A stretch of 64,000 bases of DNA from Octopus vulgaris (lineage: Eukaryota). Position 1 is the stretch's first letter. Every line of letters starts with the position of its first letter. Shown here piece by piece: positions 28,405-41,630 of the stretch. The DNA is taken from positions 100,378,001 to 100,442,000 of the forward strand of contig OX597818.1 in assembly GCA_951406725.2 (NCBI GenBank), read 5' to 3'. Position numbers and translations under genes: made by a program. The notes below the pieces were generated by a model. That model saw only the letters and a list, made by a program, of their open reading frames with translations, was not told the origin of the DNA and did not search any database.

Positions 28405-28406
<2 letters not shown>
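26955..28406 (-). mobile_element. Second 5'-truncated copy of the same CR1-group LINE, embedded in (TA)n
   Basis: Collinear with 18050-19455; SGVPQGTVL and YADDTK motifs; frameshift near 27835 and stop near 27625; (TA)n on both sides. Confidence 0.95.
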
Positions 28407-28444
<38 letters not shown>

Positions 28445-28861
28445 CGATTTACAGTCATTTATTATATCGAATATGCAATGGGTGTATATACAGTTAAAAT
28501 ATACGTACACGTTGCCAGGAATGTGTTTAATATGTAAAATGTGTATATCCAATAGTGTTACAGTGTTAGTCTTAGTAGTTATTTGAGCAATATGTTTGTG
28601 GATGAGTAACGGATTGGATTTGATGCTGAAGAAAGAGTCATAGCTCCTGTAATATGCATATAGACACATTCCCTGTTTCAGTCTCTTCGATCGCAGTGCT
28701 GGCTATGATTTCTACAGAAAATATGTAGAGTTAACTTTAGAAAGTAATATATATTCTTTCTGTTTTCATATAATGAATGCATCTTTCATCATAAGCTGTG
28801 TATTAAGCTCTGTAGTAGGGTACGATTGTACAGTGTATGACGAACAATAGCCGGTCGTGCC

Positions 28862-28917
28862 GTTCTCACTGACGAAGCGTACGGAAATACGCGAAACTAG
28901 CTGTCTAGTCTGATAGC
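28862..28917 (+). ncRNA. Type I hammerhead ribozyme motif, near canonical
   Basis: gttctca-CTGACGA-a-gcgta(cggaaa)tacgc-GAA-actag(ctgt)ctagt-C-tgatagc: stems I, II and III and a GUC cleavage triplet (C28910). Confidence 0.8.
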
Positions 28918-29084
28918 TTCTCGATTCTGTCATGAGGCGGTTTCTTTCCTTGTCAGCATATGTGTATTCACTTGCGCACTTTCTTGCATCGCAAGGAGTA
29001 TTTTACTCCTATTTCTAGCAATGTGGGCGTCTTGGCACCATCAGTCACATTTAGTAACGATTGACGTTTTCCTTTATGATATTA

Positions 29085-29482
29085 CTAGCAGTATCGACCG
29101 GCGTTGCTCGGGTTTGTAAGGAAAATAAGTATATAAGCATTTTTAGAGAGTTATAGCCATAAAATAGCAAAAAAATGCATTAAAAATGGAAAAAAAATGA
29201 TGGTAAATTTTTTTTTAAATCGTTGACTCACCGTAGACATTTTTAGAGAGTTACTTCCCTTATATTTAAAAAAATATGCGTTAAAATGGAAAAAAATGAT
29301 GGTAAATTATTTTTAAAATGGTAGACTCATCGTAGACGCGCGCTAATACCCAGAAGGGCTCGATATGAATCACGACTATAAGATACCCGCTTTTGTTTAC
29401 ACTGCACCAAAAAGTGTGGGAGTAGTTAGGAATTTAAATCGTAGGAGACAGACACACAACTTGACTTTTGTATATATAAAGA
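29085..29482 (-). mobile_element. Non-autonomous Helitron
   Basis: Minus strand starts A|TC and ends with a GC hairpin (ccgagc-aac-gccgg) then CTAG|T; internal duplication of about 80 bp. Confidence 0.8.
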
Positions 29483-29509
29483 TATTATGCCTAACTGTTT
29501 ATATACATA

Positions 29510-29682
29510 TGTACGATGGGCTTCTTTCCGTTTCCATCTACCAAATCCACTCACAAGGCTTTCGTCGACCCGAGGCCATAGCAGAAGACACTTGCCTAAG
29601 GTTCCACGCAGTGGGACTGAATCCGGAACCACGTGGTTCGTAAACAAGCTACCTACCTACCACACAGCCACTCCTACGCCTA
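29510..29682 (-). mobile_element. 5' half of SINE family B
   Basis: ctaccaaatccactcacaaggc...cacacagccactcctacgcct. Confidence 0.8.
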
Positions 29683-30541
29683 TATATATATATATCAAAG
29701 ATATTTATCGTTTATTTTTCTCCTATTCCAGTCATTGGAATACATTCATTCTGTGTTACCGTCTTAAATAGTTTAGACGACACCATGCATCGGCGAGGCA
29801 GTGGCTGTAATAGAATATATTTCCTGAAAATGCAGCGCATCTTGAATGCGAAAGGAGCGGGATGTAAAATAAGTTTCCTATGCACACATTCGTGTTTGCA
29901 AATGTGCACATGTACCTGTGCCTCTACAAAATACATCATGCAGTACAATCATACTCTGACAAAGAACTCAATACACAGCATGTGGTGGAATGTACGTTAA
30001 TTACATGAAAACACCAAGAATATATATTAATTGAGAGTCGCATCATATTTTGCTGGAATGTCTGTGTTTAGAATAAATATTTATTGTTTAATGAAAAAGA
30101 TGAAGAAAGCAATAAAATGTTAGTCAAAGCTATTACTATATTTGAAAATGTGTAAAGCTAGTAGTAATATTAAATACTGCTGACAAATTTGCTCTGGCAG
30201 TTGTTACGTTCGAAGCTATGTATGAATACATACATAAATACATACATGTACACATACATGCATATACATACATAAGCATACGCACACATACACATATATA
30301 TATATAATGCATAAAAATATATATGTACATATATATGCATACATATACACGCATACATGGACATACATACACATATCTACCTTTCTGTCTGTCTGTCTGT
30401 CTATCTATTTATCTATCTAACTATATTTATATTTATGTATGCATGTATATATATATATATATACATACACGCATATATATATATATATATATATACAGGT
30501 AGATATATATTTATGTATGTGTATATGTGTGTATGTATATG

Positions 30542-30612
<71 letters not shown>

Positions 30613-31039
30613 TATGCGTATGCGTCTGTTTGTAGCTATGTATCTATAAATTTCCATTCCTAGAACTGTTCAACCCAATAGATAACTAATCACATTTACA
30701 CCCATTTATTACGTTTAAAATATTTATTTTAGATATAGTTTATATAAGTTATATTCGGTATATGTTACATTTTTTATAAGTTATATTTAGTGCAACTGTG
30801 TAAGATAGATTATCCTGATTAGCGGATTAGAATTTATCTAGTTATTCGAACGGAAACTTAATGTGTTTCTTTAATTTCATTCCCGAGTAAAATAATGATA
30901 AAAGAAAACTGAGAAATATCAATGCGGAATGACAAAGGGAGGATATCATTAAAGGTACGTATACTTGTGTTCCAGCGTGACTGCGATTACACGACAGAAA
31001 CGAATAAAAAAATAAACAAGCATATTTATTTACATACAT

Positions 31040-31452
31040 AGGCGTAGGAATAGCTGGGTGGTAAGTAGTTTGCTTGTGAACCATATAGTTCAGAGTTTAG
31101 TCCCACTGCGTGGCACTTTGAGCAAGTGTGTTCTACTATAGCCTCGGGCCGACCAAAGCCTTGTGAGTAGATTCGGTAGACAGAAACTGAAAGAAGCCCG
31201 TCGTATATATGTATATATACATGCGTGTGTGTGTTTGTGTGTCTGTGTTTGCCCCCACCCCAATATCGCTTGACAACAGATGCGTGTATGTTGAGGTTCC
31301 CGTAAAATTAGCGGTTCGGCAAAAGAGACCGGTAGAATAAGTACTAAGCATAGAAAGAATAAGTCCTGGGGGTCGATTTGCTCGACTAAAGGCGGTGTCC
31401 CAGCATGGCCACAGTCAAATGACTGAAACAAGTAAAAGAGAGTAAAGAGTAA
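31040..31452 (+). mobile_element. Full-length SINE family B
   Basis: Head, CORE-like segment, microsatellite and tail ggcggtgtcccagcatggccacagtcaaatgactgaaac. Confidence 0.88.
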
Positions 31453-31539
31453 ACACCAAATCACACACACAGACACACACTCGCATACACACAAACACGC
31501 GCACATTTATAACTAATTCCGCTTGAATAAAGGAAACCC

Positions 31540-32100
31540 TCTTTGAAGGGCCGAGCGGAGGTGGCAAAAGCTTATATCACATGCGTCATCTATTCCTATT
31601 TGACCGGCCATCACGGCTTGTTCTGCTGATCAACTAATCTCATTGCTGTTTTTACTCTTCCACTTTCTGAGGAGAGGATTATTCCTCAAGTTATGTGGTC
31701 CGTTTGCGGTTAAACGGACTGGTCGCTGTATGGACAATGGTGCTCATGCACTGAGGCTACGATATCTCCAACACTTAATGGTAAGCCTGTGTGTTCAGAC
31801 TTTGCCAAAGAAACCTTTCTATAGCTGCAGTCTTTGGTCACGCGTAACCGAGCGTGACACATGGCACTTAGAATGGCACTTATGAAGGTAGGTAAATGTG
31901 TAGAGTGCCATGCTCTCCCTACCACTACTCAGTGTATTTTTATCAACACAGTAAATCGAGACAAGGAATATTTGCATGAATATGCCTATAGTCAGGCTGG
32001 CGAGAAAGTATGAAAGTAGGCCACCTTATTGTGGTCCTCTCGGTGATGTGGGTGATTCAGAATAGGTGAAGTTTCTTGTTTTTGCCTAGCCAGTACACCC
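31540..32100 (+). mobile_element. Possible decayed L1/Tx1-like LINE post-RT fragment
   Basis: GC-richer segment; LLFHFLRRG...HALRLRYLQ resembles the L1/Tx1 LFxFLWxG...ALRLRxL region. Confidence 0.35.
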
Positions 32101-33304
32101 TCCACAGGAGATTCTCTGGCTATTATTTCCCTTACTAATCGTTATTATTTAGTTGTTTACACGTCTATACTTAAATCATCTCTGTCATTTCTCTTAGTAT
32201 CGCTCTGTTTATTTCGGCGAAATAGGAAGGTTGAATATAATTATTCTAAACGCGTTTATATAGGCTGGAGAAAAAATGAATTACAGAAAGCACTTGTGTT
32301 CTTGCTGATCTTGGACACGCAGGGCGGTGATATTTGCTTTCATCTGTTTAGAAGTTCTGTATTAAGTTCCCTGGTGAAATCCTGACATTTCTCAATTTTT
32401 AAAAATTTCTTCGGTATCGACTCTGTTAGCATAAGAAATTAGAAAGTCTATGATCTTACATTGATTGTTCATTTTGTCCTATAAAAATCATATTTTCTCT
32501 TGATGCGTCAATAGTACGATCTATCTTTAATGGATAGTCACATTAGCTCATATAGTGCTTACTCTCTATCACAGCCGCTGGTTGTTGCCCATGCAACTGC
32601 CCTGCTAACGGGAAGCTGCACCCTTATCTAATGCGTTCGTTTACCTACACATTCAAACTTGCATTCATTCAAGAAATGTTAATCTCTTTCATCTCCTTTT
32701 CTACAACTCTTCATTGGTTGCCTGCCTTTGTGTATCTTTGTGTACCTTTGCCTGTAACAAATTCGTGCTAATGGCTTGTTCCTGAACAACTCTAATTAAC
32801 ATTTCGGTGGTCTTATGTAGAAGACTATAAAACACATTTTTTAAACTCTTTAAAGAATTTAAAAATTGATCTGCGTCCAATATAGAACGACTGGAGACTG
32901 AGTGCAAATAGATGGATAACTCCATTTAGTACAACAATCCTTGCTAATATAATACTGGGAACAAACAAATATTATAGTTTGTAATTTGGTCGGCAGTGAT
33001 GTGAGGTGGTCACAACATCTTTCTCTACGCTTCCATTTTCAGCGTACATAATTCATACGTGATAAATGATTTATATTATTTAATAACACCGTTAACTTAA
33101 TGAAATATTTTCTAATTATCCTAAACAAGAAATTATTCGAGAAAATAAATTGAATGTTAAATTTACACCTGCCTGTGATCAGCTACCAACGCGTAGGTGG
33201 TAGCAAAATCATAGCAGTCGTGGTTCAAGTTGAAATACTGCCTTTCTATAACGTAATTGATTTATTATAGATTTATGGTTTCATAAATTATGTTTTATAA
33301 GTTA

Positions 33305-33689
33305 CTAGCAGTATCGCCCGGCGTTGCTCAGGTTTGTAAGGGAAATAACCTTAAAGCATTTTTAGAGAGTTATAGCCAAAAAATAGCAAAAAAAATGGAA
33401 AACAAATGATGGTAAATTTTTTTTGAGAGTTAAAAAAGGTAGAGTTGCGTCCCCTAGACGGTCTGTGGTTTGGGTTTCTAATTCTCGACCCCATGTCGAA
33501 TTTATCGATTTTTTCAGAACTGGGGGAACTTTTCAAAATTTTCGCTGCGTTAGTTTTGAATTATGACATTGGGCTATGTGTGTGTCAAGTTTCATCAGAA
33601 TCGGTTGAAAGCCGTGGTCAGAGTGAGGGTACGAGAAAACAGACACACAGAAACACGCACAGACAAACTGCCGTTTATATAGAGAGAGA
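33305..33689 (-). mobile_element. Non-autonomous Helitron related to 29085-29482
   Basis: Same actagcagtatcg-ccggcgttgctc-ggtttgtaagg end; opposite end reads A|TC on the minus strand. Confidence 0.8.
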
Positions 33690-34059
33690 TATTTAAAAGT
33701 ACAGAATCTTACATTCTCCCTCACACGTGTTTTCACAAAACGTATTTCTAATATAAGAGTGCGTGTTATATGTCGACAAATACAGTATTTAAGGCGGATA
33801 TATATTCATCTCAGGATATATATATATATATTAATGATGGCGGAATCACTTAACTGCTGGTCAGTGATGTGCAGTACTTACTCCGGCTCTTCATTCTTTC
33901 TGTTCAAACACCGCTGATGCCAGCTACAAAAGTGCTTGATGGTATCCATTGAATCCTTCAACTCAGATGTGCTGACCTTACGCCAAAATTTGAAAACAAT
34001 ATTTTTAATAGTATTATTGTCATCATCGCCATCATTGTTGCTGTTGTTGTTCTTATTCT

Positions 34060-34420
34060 GCGTCGGGGCAGAAAATGTTTGAATGCCAGATAAAATGCTT
34101 AGCGTCATTTCATCCATCTTTACGTTCTGAATTTAAATTCCACGAAGGTCAACTTCGCCTTTTATCATTTCAAGGTCGATAACATAAGTACCAGTTGAAC
34201 AATGGGGTAATCGACTTTCTCCTTGTCCAGTAATACCAGCCTTGTATCAGTATTGGGAAATCAGTTTCGTTATTATCATTATGATGTTTTTCCGCTGAGG
34301 TTGACTTTACCTTTCATCCTTTCGGGGACAATAAAATAAAGTATCATTTGAGTACAGAGGTTGATGTAATCGACTTAGCACCTCCTCGAAACTGCTGGCT
34401 TTGTGCAAAAATTTGAAATC
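34060..34420 (+). mobile_element. Diverged SINE family A with partial duplication
   Basis: Two copies of the gcctttcatcctttcggggtcgataa-like central motif. Confidence 0.65.
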
Positions 34421-35082
34421 ATTATCATTATGAAGCTTGTGCTTTCTAATTTACTGAGAGAGTAGCTTATGCCATAAAAATTACGCTGGTATGTAAATAT
34501 ATGAAGCCCAACGCACTCATCACAACTACACACTAGATAAACGTTTACTAGACAAACGCATCATAACCATATGTGCACAACATATTAAACTAAAAGTCAA
34601 GATAAACAGAGCATGACGTTGCAGGTGTGGCCCAGTTAGAACTGTTTTAAGGTTCCTGAATAAGGGTTATTTAAAGATGTTGAACAAAATACCTATGTAC
34701 CGGATGTAAATTATCCAAATCTCACACAATCCCTATCAAAACATATCTATGATGCCCCACCTCTACTCCTGCTCTTGATCAGAGATGCACATATAGGCAG
34801 TCACTAAGGAATATCTTCAAGTGGTTGAGGTCAAGCAACAGGCAAGAAAATCTGAGGAATATTTCCTGCAGCCCATCCATTTTATACCAAGATACAACAT
34901 GTCCATATAGATAATTCCATTCGTAAATATCAGAAGCCATGAGAGCCACGGTCTGGTACTGCACCAGGGCACTTATAATTATTATTACGCGATGAAAACA
35001 CGCAGCTTATTTTGCTGGGTATGATGGAAAGTGTCAGCTGTCCACAGCAACAGTCTAATTTTACACTTGTTTACTGGTCACT

Positions 35083-35381
35083 TGTTTACTGTTCTATTCA
35101 GTTCACTTGAGAGTGGTATTAGTGCTATGCAGAAAATTAGTGGTGAAAGTGAGTCACTTTGGAAAATACCACAGTTCATGCTAATATAGTTTGAGTACAA
35201 TACTCCATTAGAATGATATAATTGGAGCTTCGTGTTCCATAGTGACATATTATACTTAAAAAAATCGGAAATCACAGGAGAAATTTTGAAAATGTCCAGC
35301 GATTTCAGAATCCACGAATGTAGTATGCTGTCAAAGGCTTTTTTTTATAATCAATCCATGAAGAGCTGAGATTTCTGCGCT
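35083..35381 (-). mobile_element. R4/Dong-like non-LTR RT fragment
   Basis: NLSSSWIDYKK/AFDSILHSWIL (frameshift in a T run), then CGIFQSDSLSPLIFCIALIPLSSELN. Confidence 0.8.
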
Positions 35382-35382
35382 T

Positions 35383-35430
<48 letters not shown>

Positions 35431-35448
35431 ATTATTATTATTGTTATT
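35382..35448. repeat. (TTG)n/(TTA)n microsatellite
   Basis: Direct reading. Confidence 0.9.
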
Positions 35449-35660
35449 AAGGTGGCGAGCTGGCAGAGTTGTTAGCACACCGGGCATAACGCTTAACAGC
35501 ACTTCTTTCGTCCTTACGTTCCTGAGCTCAAATTCCGCCGTGGTGCACTTTGCCTTTCCTCCTTCAGAGTCGATGAATTAAGTAGCAGATGAATATTGGG
35601 GTCGATGTAAATCACCTAGCCACACCCTACAAAATTTCAGACCATGTGCCTATAGTAGTA
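35449..35660 (+). mobile_element. SINE family A
   Basis: aaggtggcgagctggcagagttgttagcacaccgggc head. Confidence 0.75.
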
Positions 35661-36727
35661 AGCAGTATTAATATCATTACTGGTATTATTGTACTTGGTT
35701 TACATATAGAGCATTTGCACGTATGTGCGCTTGCATATGTGAATGTGTACACGCGCATGTGTCTATGTGAGTTTTTCTGCGTATACTTACATCGGCATTT
35801 AGCGTAAATGTCTGCGTGGATACTCTATTGAAATAACAACAATTTTGTTCAAGAGTTTCAATTTAAATGCGCTACTGGCGCTTCCTTGGCTTTTCTATTC
35901 ATGTACGTATTTCCTATCGACTCATTTCTTCTCGTTTATCTCTTTTCTCCCTATTTAAATCTTTCACCACAATTCCATCACAGTACCCGCCTTTCAACAA
36001 CCTTTCGCTTTACTTACATAACTCAACCCAAACTGATCTCAGCCGAGTCCAACTCAACGAATAAAAGTTATGCTAATGCAGTTTCACTTCACTTCACTTC
36101 ACTTCACTTCACTCACTCACTGCTGCGAACTCATCTCTCCTCAATCGAGTCCAACTCGGGTAATGAAGTTATGCTAATACTGTTTTGTCATTGCAAGCTG
36201 TGAATCTGGATTCAGCCGGTAATTGTGCGGTGATGGCTTTACCAACAAGTCTTGTGATCCGCAGCCAACACTTGAGGCTGTTGCTGCTGCAACTACCGCT
36301 ACCACCACCACCACCACCACCACCACCACCATCACTGCTGCTCCTGCTGATTTTTATTACTGGCTGCTACAACTGCAGCTGCTGATGTCGATCGTGCTAA
36401 CCATGATGCTATTGCTGCCGCAGTTGCGGCTGCGACTGCTTCTGTTGCTTCAGCTGCTACTGCTGCTACTGCTAAACGGCTGTTGTATTATTTTTTCTTT
36501 GCAACGCTTACTTACAGGGATGATAAAAATCTTCCCTTGTCGTTTGAAATCCTGCCGTCTTTTCCGCAGTTGATTTTGTTCAAGGTTATTATCAATATGT
36601 ACATCTCTCTGGAAGCTCCTTTTGGTTCTGTTTTGTCTTTTTTTTTGTTTTTGTTTTTGTGTTTCCTTTTGTCACATGGATGGCGAAAGAGAGAATGAGA
36701 AAGAAAGAAATGAAAAGAGCATGAAAC

Positions 36728-36770
<43 letters not shown>

Positions 36771-36977
36771 AAGGTGCGGCGAGAGACGTTGTTATGTGAG
36801 TAATGATATAAAGAATGAATACCTACCAAACGATAAAGAGAAAGAGAAGAGTGTGTGACATACGAAGAGCAAGTGACGGAGCGAAGAAGGAAAAAAAATG
36901 AGTGAGAGGGAAATAGAGAAAGAGAGAAATAGTGAAGAAAAGAGAAGAAAAGGGAAGTAGAAAAAATATAACCAATG

Positions 36978-37014
<37 letters not shown>

Positions 37015-37882
37015 GTGGAGCGATAGACCGAGAGATAGAAACTTAGAGAGAGAAAGGGAGGAAGAATACAAACAGAGATGGTGAAAAGATCAAGATAACA
37101 ACGCGTAGAGATATTGTTTTTGTACTTCATCTTGTCTCATGCTGTATTATCTATGAGCCTTCCTGTTCACCGTATTTTACCGTGGCAATATCTCGTTCGC
37201 GCTCACACAGACAAGGACAAGATACATACACGCATATTCATGAAACTCTCTCTCTCTCTCTCTATCACTATACATATATCCTTACTCATTGCATCTTACT
37301 TTCTCCCAACTCGAATACTTCTCCGGCTTTTTATTTCGTCACATCTTGAATTTATCTCTTCCTGCATTTCTTAGTTACTATCTCATATCTGTTCTCTCTC
37401 ATACTCACTTGTTCACTCATGCGCTCTCTATCTCTGCCTCTATCCCTATCTCTCTCACTCGAGCACACACACAAACACACACTCTGTCTCTTTCTTTCGC
37501 TTGCAATTTCTCTCTTTGACTCAGTTAATCCAAACATCGAAGAAATCTCAACACGTTTTTTTTTTATATTATTATATCAGCTTCTCTAACTTTCTTCCAA
37601 GGAATCCATGCGTCCATCTATGCATCAATCAAATGTTAACTCAGTTTTTCTAGAAATCTTTAAATCACTCTATGAAAAACAAAATCAGTACAACTAGCAA
37701 TCTATCCTTATATGAAAATACACATGTGTGTGTGTGTGTGTGTGTTTGGATGTGCGTGCGCGCTTGTGTGTATGTAATACATATATATATATAAACACAC
37801 ACATGTACAAATACATACTTCCCTCTCTACATAACTACTGACTTCTCTAGCAGCTACCTGTATATTGCTGTAGATATGTACA

Positions 37883-37931
<49 letters not shown>

Positions 37932-38259
37932 GCATACTAACATACATACATACATGTATACAAACATACATACACACAAACGGAATGATAGAAGGATAGA
38001 TAAATTCAGACATGCATATGAGTGTGTATTAGGATATCATACGAAGTATTTAGCATCTACTCAATCTTATCTGCAAATAGGTACACATTTTTGTATCTAT
38101 ATCTACATCGATCTGTATATTTATCAATCTATCGACTCACTCACTCTGTCTATCTTTCTCCTTCACACTCTATTACATTATAAGAATGACATACACGCAT
38201 ACATACATAAATAGATACATAGAGGAATACACAAATACACATTTTCATAGTGAATTTAG

Positions 38260-38301
<42 letters not shown>

Positions 38302-38439
38302 CATATATATACACACATTTATACATATATCTACATGTATGTGTATACATGTATATGTACGTCTATCTATATATTTATATACACATATTTATGTTTATAC
38401 ATATATGTATATACATACATACCTATATATATACATACA

Positions 38440-38508
<69 letters not shown>

Positions 38509-39096
38509 AGATTTCAAAATACGTATGTATATATGAACAGTACGTGTGCGTGTGCCCTTGCTAATAAACCAAGACAGCACAGATGCACAAAATGAAATAT
38601 ACCGGACTAAATTCCTTGTAAATCACATCATACCCTTTTCCCTTGCATATGAAGAATATACATTGCAATTATCAATAGTTGTGTCAACTACTTGCAAACC
38701 GAAGGATTGTTGCGTTCCTGAAGGTATTTGATCACAGGCGTGATCAGTTAAAGCTGACCCCAGGCTAAAGAAAATTAATAAATGATGCTTCATTTAGTCG
38801 AAATGTAAAAGAATAAGCATGTTGTTACTCCCAGAACGCAAGACCTGAAGCTCCGAACGCACACACACACACACATATATATATGTATATATTACATATA
38901 TGTGAGTCGATATGCATGCATACGTATATATATACATATATATATATATACATTCGTACATATATAACGCACTAGTATGTATATATATATATATATATAT
39001 TATTTATTGTGAAAATTTCACAAAAAACAAAATACGAAGACAGGTGGTGTAAACAACAAACTGATATATTAGTATAATGTCGGGAAATGAAAAAGT

Positions 39097-39132
39097 CTTT
39101 AACGTTTCGAGCCTACGCTCTTCTACAGAAAG
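39097..39132 (-). ncRNA. Minimal hammerhead-like motif with variant core, in a repeat between (TA)n tracts (about 39005-39197)
   Basis: cttt-CTGTAGA-a-gagc(gtag)gctc-GAAAC-GTT-aaag; A6 is replaced by U. Confidence 0.5.
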
Positions 39133-40322
39133 GAACACAGAAAGAAATAAGGAGAGAAAATAAAGAATGTGTAATGGCTAGCGTTCTATCATGGTGATAT
39201 ATATATATATATATATTCTAATTTAGCCTATAATTTAATATACTTTTCCAGTTTATCTAGAACAACGCGGTCCCTAAATTTTCCATATATTATATTCTAA
39301 GGAGACTTTATTTTTCTGAATTTCTCAATTGTTTATAGTTAATACTTATTTTTATGGTTTATTAATTTTTTTAAATATTGTTCCTTGCCGTTTACCATTT
39401 CTCAATTGTCGAATATTTAACCTTTTACTTAATTTTCCTTCACTTCGAAGTATATTTTACAACCAATTCTACAAAATTAAACGTTTTTGCGTTTCATTTT
39501 TCTATTCCACGATTTTTGTATTTTTTTCAGTGTTATACATATATAGTTTAATCCGATACACTTCTCGGAAAATACATATTATTTAACATACGTGCACGCG
39601 TTTATTTAAGCACACGTATGGTTCTTTGTATATACCGCTTGAACATACCATTCACATTTCTTAAGAACTATTGTAGCATTTGATGCGTTCAAGTTCGTCA
39701 TGGCGTCTAAATCGAATGGTCGGATGGTCGGCTATCTTTCACTAAGATAATAATGTTGTATGCGGTTATTCCTTAACGATCCATCAAAATATCTCTTTGC
39801 TATGAATTCATATATATGAAAAACAATATGACAACTTGACCACTCTAGGATATGCTTATATTACGATCGTTAACTATAAAATCTTGCAGTTTATTATTCA
39901 CGAAGTTTGATATTTTAATCATACACCGAAATTCCTGTATTGATTCTGTTGATAATCAATACACTTTCGTCATACTTCGGCAAAAAAGTTAGTAAAAGAT
40001 CACTTGATGAAACGGAATGGTTACGTAAAACATGCTAATTTACGTAATGTTGTCTAATATGATATGTAAGGGCTTTGTATTTGATAATAAACTTCGCCAT
40101 CGTAAGGCATGTAGTGATGTTTTGCACAGTCTATTATTTTTTGTATACCCCACCAAACCATACCCACATGCACACATACACACTCACTAACCCATACGCA
40201 CGCGCACAAATATATATATCTATGCGTTTATGTATATAGTGCATATACATATATTAACTTAGATATGTGAATTACAATTACTTATAATTACTTGCGGACA
40301 TATATATATATATGAATATATG

Positions 40323-40358
<36 letters not shown>

Positions 40359-40452
40359 TTCAGTAAAATTTAGATTCAGATGAATATGGTACTTAAAGAC
40401 ACCAGATTTTAGTATGACATTATCCATATAATTCAAAATGGGGTGATTACAA

Positions 40453-41122
40453 TCAAAATAAGCAACAAGGATATCCAGAGGTAATGCAGCACGAACTTTT
40501 CATGCAATTCCATTTAATTGAACAATGTAAACATTACATCAATTAAAAATGTAGAGTAATCTTCAGGTGCATAAAAATATAGAATTTAGTTAAATTCGAA
40601 GGATTCATTTGTTTAATCTTCATTTGATCCAAAACCACAAAGAGATATGCAGATGGACAAAGAACATGTTTTATCAACAAGCATTGTTTCAAAAGAAGTC
40701 ACTGCTTATCACTGATTATTTCTGTTATTCAGATTTACTAGTGGTGGTGGTGGGGGGATAGTTTTAATTTATAGACTAGTTTATCAAATCTAAGAGAAAC
40801 TAGAATATTTTCCTTTATGGATAGGGAAGAATAGATGACAATTTAAGTGGCAGAGTCATAAATCAACATTCCTTTTGAAAAAATCTGTTACAACTGTGAT
40901 GTTGTTGATAAAACATGTTCCTCGTCTATCTACTTGGTGGCTTTGGATAAAATGAGAATTATACAAATGAATCCTTCGAATTTAAGTAAATTCTATATTC
41001 TTATGCAGCTGAAGATTGCTCTACATTTCAAATTGATGCAATATTTACATTGTTCAGTTAAATGGAGTCGCATGAAACGATCGTACTCCAATACTTGTGG
41101 ATATCATTGTTGCTTATTTTGA
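40453..41122. mobile_element. Large diverged inverted repeat (arms about 40453-40680 and 40902-41122), each arm carrying a hammerhead motif
   Basis: Arms alignable by eye; plus-strand tgcag-CTGAAGA-ttgc...gcat-GAAAC-gatc-GTA-ctcca (41004-41090) and minus-strand counterpart at 40485-40571. Confidence 0.75.
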
Positions 41123-41126
41123 GTGG

Positions 41127-41166
<40 letters not shown>

Positions 41167-41289
41167 ATAATAACAAAGGGTAAAATTAATTAATTAACTA
41201 GTAATCAATAATTTCACCAAGTAGAATTCGGCATGAAAAAGGACCATTTCAAAGTAAACTAAAGAGTACATGGGTAATCTAATATCGAT

Positions 41290-41454
41290 TGATTTTCATT
41301 ATTTTCCCTCTCTGCCTTCGCGGATTGTTTTCGAGTAATTTGTTTTTTCCGGGAGTCTCTTTTTAAAGTAGAGGAAATAGCTAAGGTTTTTTGGCTGCTA
41401 TTTCTAAACTTCGGTATGTGGTGAAGCAAATCTTTGCTGAACCCTATTATAAAG

Positions 41455-41460
<6 letters not shown>
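41290..41460. mobile_element. Repeat homologous to 748-890 in opposite orientation
   Basis: gtagaggaaatagctaa...ttggctgctatttctaaa. Confidence 0.6.
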
Positions 41461-41485
<25 letters not shown>

Positions 41486-41630
41486 TATCTTTAAATACGC
41501 CATGGAGACCACTTCATTGGGTTTTGGGCCTAACAATGATATTTCTTGCATAGGAATACATATTAAATCTTATTTAACTTGAACAATATTCTTTTTCAAG
41601 CAACGAACAATTTTCATAAAATCAATGATA

